In this document: positions 18,245-25,523 of the stretch, piece after piece | How positions within the stretch are numbered: position 1 is the stretch's first letter | How the letters are laid out: each line of letters opens with the position of its first letter | Assembly: GCA_040397175.1 (NCBI GenBank) | Contig: JBBAWM010000004.1 | Location: 45,673-109,672 of the forward strand | Origin: Candidatus Limnocylindrus sp. | Lineage (GTDB): Bacteria > Chloroflexota > Limnocylindria > Limnocylindrales > Limnocylindraceae | Direction of reading: 5' to 3' | Length of the DNA stretch: 64,000 nucleotides | The notes under the pieces: model-generated | Told to the model about the DNA's origin: nothing | What the model saw: only the letters and a program-made list of their open reading frames with translations | Database searches by the model: none | Translations under genes and position numbers: made by a program

Positions 18245-19837
18245 TCAGCGACGGACGCCACCCCCCATGGCGAGCTCGACAAGTGAGGTGTGCGCCGCTC
18301 CCGTGGAGCCGCGACCGGCGAACGAGGCGGCACTGCGGCGATAGGCGGTCCCCGCGATATCGAGATGTACCCACGGCACGGTCACGAACTCGCGCAGGAA
18401 GAGGCCGCTGCGGATCAGCGACGCCTCGCGTGTCCCCGAATTCTGGAGGTCGGCCGACCAGGTCGACATGTTCTTCATGTAGGCCTCCGCTAGTGGATAG
18501 GGCCAATAGACCTCCCCTGCACGGCGTGCGGCAAGGTGGAACTCGTCAAGGAAGGGTGCGTCAGTGCCGCACGTCGCGGCAACCTCGCCGCCATACGCGG
18601 CATAGGCGATCCCGGTCAGCGTCGCCACATCAACAACATGCGTTGCGCCGAGCTCTCGTTCGGCGTAATGCAGCGCATCTCCGAGGATAAGGCGCCCCTC
18701 GGCATCAGTGTTCGTGATCTCGACACGCTTCCCGTTCAAGGCCGTAACCACATCGCCCGGTCGCGTAGCGTTTCCACCCGGCATGTTCTCGACGCACGCA
18801 GCGACCGCATGAATTGGGCGACCGGGGTCGAGCTGCGCAATCGTGGCCGCAGCCTCAAGTACCGCAATGGCGCCGTTCTTGTCGTGCTTCATCTCTTCCA
18901 TTTCGGCGGGTGGCTTCAGTGAGATGCCGCCCGTATCAAAGCAGACGCCCTTGCCGACCATGGTGAGACGTCGGCCGAGCGGATCCTTCGCGCCCGGCTT
19001 GCCACCTGACAACACCACAAGGCACGGCGGATTCTTGGAGCCTTTTCCAACGGCGATCAACATCCCGGCGCCCATGCGCTGCAACTGCGCCGCGGTGATG
19101 ATGGTGGCGCGCAGACCAACGGCGCGTGCGCGATCCCGCGCCTCTTCGGCAATGCCGAGCGGTGGCATCTCGTTCGCCGGAAGGTTTGACCAGCGTCGCG
19201 TGCGCACGACACCACTCGCGATGATTTCGGCGCGACGCGCGCCCTCGATTGCAGCGGCGAGATCTGTTCCAGCTGGAACGATGATCTCGAGCAGGGTGAG
19301 TGCGGCTGGTTGCGCCTCGATCACGCTCTTCCCGCCGATCCCTTCATGGAATGAACCGTCAATGACGCCGCGCACAATGAAGTCAACAGCGATGACTGCA
19401 GCATCACTCTGCTTTGCCGCAGTTGCGGAGAGGCCGGTGCCGAATGATGCGCCACCTTCGGCGCGGAGTGCCGGGGCGGTGCTGGTCAGCGCAGCAACAA
19501 TGCCGGTGGCATCAATGGCGAGCCGTGTGACCTTGCGTCCTGCAAGTCGACGCGTTGCCGCCGACGCCCAGCGCTGCAGCTCCTGTCGACCGAAGTCGGC
19601 GCGTGCGCCTGCGCCTACTAAGAGAAGGTGATCTGCGGGGAGGCGGCCGGCGCTTGTCAGCGCGCAGCTGTAGCGGCTGCCCGTCCCCTCGCCGATCGCA
19701 CGAAGCGCCGCGATGCGTCCGCCGCTCTTGCTGTCAATCTCACGCAGGTACGGCGCGTCAAGTTGATCGCTAAAGACGGGCGCGACAAGAACGCCCGCCT
19801 TGGCCGCAGCGCTCTTGGCTGTGATGATGATCCGCAT
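18245..19837 (-). CDS. pepA: Leucyl aminopeptidase (M17 family)
   Basis: VGKGVCFDTGGISLK, MK.D, NTDAEGRL and W.HLDIAG motifs. Confidence 0.93.
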   Translation of the reverse strand: MRIIITAKSAAAKAGVLVAPVFSDQLDAPYLREIDSKSGGRIAALRAIGEGTGSRYSCALTSAGRLPADHLLLVGAGARADFGRQELQRWASAATRRLAGRKVTRLAIDATGIVAALTSTAPALRAEGGASFGTGLSATAAKQSDAAVIAVDFIVRGVIDGSFHEGIGGKSVIEAQPAALTLLEIIVPAGTDLAAAIEGARRAEIIASGVVRTRRWSNLPANEMPPLGIAEEARDRARAVGLRATIITAAQLQRMGAGMLIAVGKGSKNPPCLVVLSGGKPGAKDPLGRRLTMVGKGVCFDTGGISLKPPAEMEEMKHDKNGAIAVLEAAATIAQLDPGRPIHAVAACVENMPGGNATRPGDVVTALNGKRVEITNTDAEGRLILGDALHYAERELGATHVVDVATLTGIAYAAYGGEVAATCGTDAPFLDEFHLAARRAGEVYWPYPLAEAYMKNMSTWSADLQNSGTREASLIRSGLFLREFVTVPWVHLDIAGTAYRRSAASFAGRGSTGAAHTSLVELAMGGGVRR

Positions 19838-19862
19838 CTGATCCTCCTCGCGCCCGCGACGC

Positions 19863-20795
19863 CTACTGCTTGCTGACCTTCCGCTTCAGGTAGCCGAGTC
19901 GGCCACCCATATCAACTGGAGCGAAGCCGAGCTCGCGCTCGACCGCGTCTGTTGCACCGATGTTATCGAGTGCCAACTGGCGCAACTGATCTGTTGCAAC
20001 GGGGAACGGGAAGCGAATCGCCTCAGAGATGCGCGCCACGAGCGTGATCAGCGGCACCGGCATGGGGATGATGATGCGACGCTTCCCAAGGGCGCGCGCT
20101 ACTTCACGCGTGATCTCAGCGTACGTCCAATAGCGCGGCCCACCAAGCTCAAACGAGGCCTTGATGCTCCCCTTCGGCGCGTCGAGCACCTGCACGATGG
20201 CGCGGGCCACATCGCCGACCCAAATCGGCTGGAAGCGGCTCTTCCCGTCGCCTGGCACTGGCACCGCAGGTGCAGGAATCTTGACGAGCGCTGCGACGAT
20301 GTTGAAGAAGCCATCGCGCTCCCCCCAGATCAGGCTCGGCTTGAGGATCGTCCAGTCGAGTGTCGAAGCACGAACGAAGCCCTCACCGCGCGCCTTGGAG
20401 CTGGCGTAGTGCAGCTCTGGTCGCTCCTGTACGCCAAGTGCACCGAGATGGATGAATCGCTTGATGCCAGCGGCCTCGGCGGCCGCGACAATGGTGGCGG
20501 TACCGACGGCGTTGACACGCTCGAGATCGGCGCCGTCGTTCCAGTCACGTGGTAGCGCCACAAGGTGCACGACCGCGTCGCAGCCAATCAACGCCGCGTC
20601 GAGCGAGGCGCGGTCGTTCACTGTGCCAATCCTGGTTTCTAGTTTTCCTGGGGAGGCAGCCGCGCGCGCCAGCAACGCCGTTGCACGTGCATCGCTACGC
20701 ACGAGCGCCGTAACGGAGTGTCCGGCGCCCAGCAGTGCTGGCAGCACGTGACTCCCCACGAATCCCGTCGCCCCCGTGAGAAAGACTCGCGCCAT
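19863..20795 (-). CDS. NAD(P)-binding SDR, NDUFA9-like epimerase/dehydratase family
   Basis: TGATGFVG, Y..SK, W.ILKPS and FQPIWV.DVA motifs. Confidence 0.85.
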   Translation of the reverse strand: MARVFLTGATGFVGSHVLPALLGAGHSVTALVRSDARATALLARAAASPGKLETRIGTVNDRASLDAALIGCDAVVHLVALPRDWNDGADLERVNAVGTATIVAAAEAAGIKRFIHLGALGVQERPELHYASSKARGEGFVRASTLDWTILKPSLIWGERDGFFNIVAALVKIPAPAVPVPGDGKSRFQPIWVGDVARAIVQVLDAPKGSIKASFELGGPRYWTYAEITREVARALGKRRIIIPMPVPLITLVARISEAIRFPFPVATDQLRQLALDNIGATDAVERELGFAPVDMGGRLGYLKRKVSKQ

Positions 20796-20856
20796 AGACC
20801 CTCCCTGCTCGCTTCATCGGCCTCGTTGAGCCACCGCTCCACTCTATGATGCACCG

Positions 20857-21492
20857 ATGTTTGGCGCACTGCTCGCAGGGATGTTCGCAGGCTACGCAAT
20901 CGCGGTCCCTGTTGGCGTGATCGCCGTGCTCATCATCGAGTCGGGAATGATTGGTGGCCTCCGCCGTGGCCTTGCCGCAGGCGCCGGCGCGGCGACCGTC
21001 GACCTCCTCTTCTGCTCGCTCGCGCTCGCCGTTGGCGGGCTCCTCAACCAGCTGCTTGCTGTGGCGTTAGCGCCACTCCAAGTCCTCTCCGGCGGGATTC
21101 TGATCTCCATCGGGGTGCGTGGGCTCCTCTCGCTCCGCGCCTCAAGCACCCGTGCTGACGCAGCTACCGACCCGCGGGTGCGCGGGAGCGCCCGGCAGCT
21201 CTACCTCCGCTTCATCGCTCTCACCGCGATGAACCCTGCGACGGTCCTCTACTTCTTGGCGCTCGCGATCGGACTCCCCGGTCTCGGGAGTGATCCGATG
21301 AACGCCGTCGCCTTCACCGTTGGCGCGGCGGGGGCAAGCCTCTCGTGGCAACTCTTGTTGGGGGCGATCGGTGCAGCTGCCGGTCGCATCCTGCCGGAAC
21401 GAGCGGTCACCGCAACGCGTATCGTCGGTCAGGTGCTGATCATTGGATTCGGCACGAGCATCGCCGTGGCGGCGTTGCGAAGCGTCGCTTAG
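20857..21492 (+). CDS. LysE-family translocator
   Basis: About 6 TM segments; A.PVG, G.GAA..D and T..NPAT..YF motifs. Confidence 0.85.
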   Translation: MFGALLAGMFAGYAIAVPVGVIAVLIIESGMIGGLRRGLAAGAGAATVDLLFCSLALAVGGLLNQLLAVALAPLQVLSGGILISIGVRGLLSLRASSTRADAATDPRVRGSARQLYLRFIALTAMNPATVLYFLALAIGLPGLGSDPMNAVAFTVGAAGASLSWQLLLGAIGAAAGRILPERAVTATRIVGQVLIIGFGTSIAVAALRSVA

Positions 21493-22490
21493 CCGATCAC
21501 CACGTTGCGCTCCGCAGCAAGATCGCTGCGCAGTGGGCGATCAATGAGCACGCGAATCCGATAGCGAAGCGATAGTTGCGCACCGTCGAAAACGGGTGGC
21601 GCATCCGTTGGGATCTCGAAGGTGATGAGGCTCCCCTTCGCGAGGTCGCTCGTCTGCAGTTCTGCCGCGGCGATGCGCACTGGCGGCGCCATCTTCACAT
21701 CCACATATAGTTCGACACGTGCGCCACGGCCGCCAGTTGCGCCCGGCCAACGAACGTTGACCCGCAACGGGCTGCCCGGAGCGATCGGTGGTGCCGGATC
21801 CACGTCAAGGGAGACCTCGCCCTCCGACCATGGGCCCATCATCGCCGAGGGACCGAGTGAGACCACACCGGAGCGCAAGAGGTCTGGGTTCTGTAGAACG
21901 TTGACCACGGCGGCCACACGTTCGTCTGCACCCGCCGCGATATCCCACTCAACCTGGAGCGTCCACACGACCATGTAGACACCGATGTGCACCGAGGGTG
22001 GTCCAAGTTGTGGCGCGGGCGCAAGGATCTTGAGGTCGATCTCGTCGCCCAGAGCCAGCGCGACCGGCACGACGAATTCAGTTAATGGCACGTTGGCGAA
22101 CTCGGTCGCAACGACTTCGATCCAGGTCGTGGTCTGTTCCTGATCGCCCACCTTCTCCGTGAGTGATTGCGTGATCTCGCGCACCAGGTGGCCCTTTACC
22201 GAGACGCGCGTCCCGCGCGCCTTGATCTCCTTGGTCGCGCGCACGCGCAGGTGCGCTTGGATCTCGCCGCCAACAAGGCTTCCGGGTGTCACCTCAAGGG
22301 AGCCCGAGAGGGCATCGGTACATGGGGTGAGGAGTTCCGCCCCTGTGAGGAATGCGAGGGGGTGTGCGCCGTCACGCGCCGCTAGTGTTTCGCCGTTAAG
22401 GCGGTCGAGCGGTGCTGGGAGCGACCCCGTCTTCCCTGCGTGGCGCTCCCGACCCGCTGCGCGCCAGAGGTCGAGGAAGCTACTCGCCAC
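21489..22490 (-). CDS. Hypothetical protein with two arrestin/SpoOM-like beta-sandwich repeats
   Basis: GTG 22490 overlaps the HAD gene end. Beta-strand patterns; ends FEIPTDAPPVF....LSLRYRIRVLIDRP...L..ERNVVIG. Confidence 0.6.
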   Translation of the reverse strand: MASSFLDLWRAAGRERHAGKTGSLPAPLDRLNGETLAARDGAHPLAFLTGAELLTPCTDALSGSLEVTPGSLVGGEIQAHLRVRATKEIKARGTRVSVKGHLVREITQSLTEKVGDQEQTTTWIEVVATEFANVPLTEFVVPVALALGDEIDLKILAPAPQLGPPSVHIGVYMVVWTLQVEWDIAAGADERVAAVVNVLQNPDLLRSGVVSLGPSAMMGPWSEGEVSLDVDPAPPIAPGSPLRVNVRWPGATGGRGARVELYVDVKMAPPVRIAAAELQTSDLAKGSLITFEIPTDAPPVFDGAQLSLRYRIRVLIDRPLRSDLAAERNVVIG

Positions 22491-23322
22491 GGGTCGTGCC
22501 ACTCGCAGTCGCAGCGGCAAGGATGTCGGCCATCTCCGTCGCATCGCGCGCAACCCACGTGGGCCGCTGCGCTTTCGGCAGGTCGTCAATTCGTACGGCA
22601 CCAACGCCGGCGCCAACACCCGTCATCAACAGAATGGAGCGGCACCCAGCCGCATTCGCCGCAGCGATGTCGGTCGCTGGGGAGTCTCCGATCAAGATCG
22701 CGTCGCGAATGTCGCTCCCGTCAAGCGCCGCCGCTTGCCGCAGCAGGTCGGGGGCCGGCTTCCCAATCGCCGTCGCGCGCACACCGGTCGCCGCCTCAAG
22801 TGCCGCCACCGCCGCGCCCGTGCCCGGCACGAGGCGGCCAGGATCTGGATAGTTGGCGTCGCGATTCGGCACGATGAGTGGGGCACCGGCGCGCACCGCA
22901 TCCGTGGCGACGGCAAGGTCGTGCCAATCGGACTCGCGATCAAGGCCCACCGTCACCGCATCAACCCCCCACACGGCGAGCGACTCTAGTCCATCAAACT
23001 CGGCGGTGCGGCAGGCGTCGAGCCCCGCGTCGCGCAGCTCGGCGGCGAGCCCCTCTGCCCCATAGACCAAGATGTGGCGATAGCCCGCATCAACAAAGTG
23101 CTGCGCGACGGCTGAGGCGGCGGTGATGATGCCGTGCGTTGAGAGGGGCGCACCACACGCCTCGATACGTGAGCGATACTCAACGCGGCGCAGGAAGCTG
23201 TTGTTGGTGACGTAGATCACGCGGTCGCCGCCGGCAACACGCTCGGTGAGGAGCGGGCCGACGCCAGGGACCGGCTCACTGCCGCGGTAGACAACCCCGT
23301 CAAGGTCAACACAAAGGAGCAT
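22480..23322 (-). CDS. HAD-IIA hydrolase (NagD-like)
   Basis: DLDGV, VTNNS, N.D, GKP and IGD...TDI motifs. Confidence 0.9.
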   Translation of the reverse strand: MLLCVDLDGVVYRGSEPVPGVGPLLTERVAGGDRVIYVTNNSFLRRVEYRSRIEACGAPLSTHGIITAASAVAQHFVDAGYRHILVYGAEGLAAELRDAGLDACRTAEFDGLESLAVWGVDAVTVGLDRESDWHDLAVATDAVRAGAPLIVPNRDANYPDPGRLVPGTGAAVAALEAATGVRATAIGKPAPDLLRQAAALDGSDIRDAILIGDSPATDIAAANAAGCRSILLMTGVGAGVGAVRIDDLPKAQRPTWVARDATEMADILAAATASGTTRGE

Positions 23323-23328
23323 GAGGCG

Positions 23329-23832
23329 ATGGTAGATCAGGAGCGCGTTACCCTTCGCAACGCGAAGCGCCTGCTGGTGGACGGCAACAATCTCGTCGGT
23401 GGCCGGGATGAGGGGCGCCTCAACAACCTCGAGGCAACGCTGCGCCGGACCATTACCCCAGGGGTCGAAATCGAGGTCTTCCGTGATGGGGGTGCCCGCT
23501 CCGCCGACGACAAGATCGTCGAGGCGATCGGCGCACCAGATCCTGGCTCGGCCGACCGCATCGTTGTGATCACCGACGACCGTGGCCTCGCCGTACGATG
23601 CACCGCCCTCGGCACCTCGGTCGTCAGCGCACGCTACTTCCGCGACGCCATCGGCGGCCCGCCGCGTGCCCCCCTCGCTGGAACGGGCGCACGCCCTCCA
23701 AGCATCGGCGGAACCGGTCCGCGACGTGCGGCGCCGAGTAAAGATGAGGGCGACTCCGAACGACGCTGGCGACCGGGGCGCGGGGCGACCCAGAAACGCG
23801 GCCCCTCAACGCGTCCGCCGCGCCCCCGCTAG
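23329..23832 (+). CDS. Small NYN/PIN-like (YacP-like) domain protein with a basic tail
   Basis: The acidic motifs LLVDGNNL, SADD.I and VITDDR.L match the NYN/PIN fold. Confidence 0.6.
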   Translation: MVDQERVTLRNAKRLLVDGNNLVGGRDEGRLNNLEATLRRTITPGVEIEVFRDGGARSADDKIVEAIGAPDPGSADRIVVITDDRGLAVRCTALGTSVVSARYFRDAIGGPPRAPLAGTGARPPSIGGTGPRRAAPSKDEGDSERRWRPGRGATQKRGPSTRPPRPR

Positions 23833-23841
23833 GATCCAGTC

Positions 23842-24321
23842 ATGAGTGAGATCGCCGCGCGCATCGCCGAGTTCTTCGCCTGGCTCAGCACGATCGTCCC
23901 GGCGCTGATCACCCCGAACTGGGCGGCCCTCATCGGGCTCTTGCCCCTCTTTATCGCCCCGCTCGTACTCCTCTGGCTCGTCTCCACGGGTGGCATCTGG
24001 ACGTTGGTCGGCCTCACCAAGCGCGGGGCACGCCTCAAGATCGGCACCCCGCTACCTACCCCAGCACCACTCGGCACGGACGGTCGACCGCACTTCCCCG
24101 CCGGGCGCCCGTATGCGGCGAGCGAGGCGACCATCTATCCGAATGGGAGCACCCGCTCGCTTCGTGGTGAGCCGCTCTTGATCGCTTGCCCCAGCTGCCT
24201 CGCCGTGCGCGTGGCGGAACGCAGTACCTGCGATGCCTGCGGCCTCGAGCTGCGCGCCCGAACGCCGATCGCCGTGGAGCGACCCGCTGCACCGCCTCCT
24301 GGCGGCGCGGCCCGCGCGTAA
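23842..24321 (+). CDS. Hypothetical membrane protein with a C-terminal zinc ribbon
   Basis: N-terminal hydrophobic helices and CPSC-x10-CDACG; abuts ccsA. Confidence 0.7.
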   Translation: MSEIAARIAEFFAWLSTIVPALITPNWAALIGLLPLFIAPLVLLWLVSTGGIWTLVGLTKRGARLKIGTPLPTPAPLGTDGRPHFPAGRPYAASEATIYPNGSTRSLRGEPLLIACPSCLAVRVAERSTCDACGLELRARTPIAVERPAAPPPGGAARA

Positions 24322-25242
24322 GTGGCGACCCTCTCCTTCTACCTCGTCGTCGTTGGCGGCATTGCACTCGTCGGCGCCTTTGCCCTCTACGTCGCGCACC
24401 TCGTGCTCGTAGCGCAAGGTGACCGCGCCATCACTCCACGACTCGCCGGAGCCACCACCACGGCACTGCGCGGAAACCTCGCCGAGCAGCTCGATGGTGG
24501 CGCGCCGACCGCCGCCGAATCAACGAGCACCTTGAGCGCGATCGCTGGTGCGCTTGCAGTAATCGCGACAGGATCCCTCGGCGTATCGTTAACCGCACGC
24601 GCCATCGTGGTGGGCCGCGGCCCTTGGGGGAATCTCTACGAGTTCACCGTTGCGTTCGTCTTTGGTATCTGTGCCGCCACCATCATCTTTGATCGCAAGC
24701 GTCGCCTTCCAGCGCTCAGCACCATCGCCTACGGCGTCGCACTCGCACTCCTCGCTTATGCAACGACGTTGCCGAATGCCGTTGTGGCGTTAGTGCCAGC
24801 GCTGCAGCACCCGCTCCTCCTGACGATCCATGTAGGCATGGCGATGTTGAGCTACGGCATCTTCGCCTTCGCATTTGCCGCAGGCGTCGCCTATCTCTTG
24901 CAAGGTGAGAACGACCGCTTCAGCTGGTTGCCACCGGCGAAGCGTCTCGACCTTGTTGCCTTCCGTGCGGTCACCGTCGCCTTCCCCCTCTTTGCCGGCA
25001 TGCTCATCCTCGGCTCGATCTGGGCCTCCATCGCCTGGAGTCGCTACTGGGGATGGGACCCGAAGGAGACCTCAGCACTCGCCACCTGGCTGGTCTATGC
25101 CGTCTACCTGCACGCCCGGAGCCAGCGCGGTTGGCAGGGTCGGCCCGCCGCCCTCCTCCTCGTCATCGGCTTTGTGGCGGTGCTCGCTACCTATTCAGGG
25201 AACCTCTGGTTCACTGGCCTCCACACCTACTCGGGGCTGTAA
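24322..25242 (+). CDS. ccsA: Cytochrome c biogenesis protein CcsA/ResC (system II)
   Basis: PW.NLYE, PALQ...L.IHV, the WWD motif WSRYWGWDPKET, YLH and the GLH.Y end. Confidence 0.92.
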   Translation: MATLSFYLVVVGGIALVGAFALYVAHLVLVAQGDRAITPRLAGATTTALRGNLAEQLDGGAPTAAESTSTLSAIAGALAVIATGSLGVSLTARAIVVGRGPWGNLYEFTVAFVFGICAATIIFDRKRRLPALSTIAYGVALALLAYATTLPNAVVALVPALQHPLLLTIHVGMAMLSYGIFAFAFAAGVAYLLQGENDRFSWLPPAKRLDLVAFRAVTVAFPLFAGMLILGSIWASIAWSRYWGWDPKETSALATWLVYAVYLHARSQRGWQGRPAALLLVIGFVAVLATYSGNLWFTGLHTYSGL

Positions 25243-25337
25243 CAAAGTCCCCTTACCTTCGCGCGTGCCGCGCTCTGAGCGTGCGCGCCACCTGCGCCGT
25301 GCGGCGGAATTTGTAACAAAGGCGAATTCCCACCAAA

Positions 25338-25386
25338 CCACAACATGTGCGGTAACACTCCCCTGTAACACCACCATATGTTGTGG
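25338..25386. promoter_or_regulatory. Tandem NrdR-box-like operators
   Basis: CCACCATATGTTGTGG (25371-25386) closely matches acaCwAtATaTwGtg. A degenerate copy CCACAACATGTGCGGT (25338-25353) lies 33 bp upstream. Both precede an RNR gene. Confidence 0.75.
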
Positions 25387-25394
25387 TTGAGGGG

Positions 25395-25423
25395 TTGACG
25401 CCACACCACAGGGGACATAGGAT
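25395..25423 (+). promoter_or_regulatory. Sigma70-type promoter of nrdJ
   Basis: TTGACG-17 nt-TAGGAT. Confidence 0.8.
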
Positions 25424-25523
25424 TCGTCTCCCGCTGCTTCACGGCAGGGGCTCTGCGCGCCCAATCGTTGGTTGGGAACAGAGATGGTGGGCCTCACATT
25501 TCGAGGCAGAAGAGGGAGAGAAC

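Noticed and set aside
25243-25523. Cobalamin riboswitch upstream of the B12-dependent RNR
   Set aside because: The AGGGAA, GCCACUG and B12-box motifs are absent; the region is explained by NrdR-like boxes, a promoter and a short leader.
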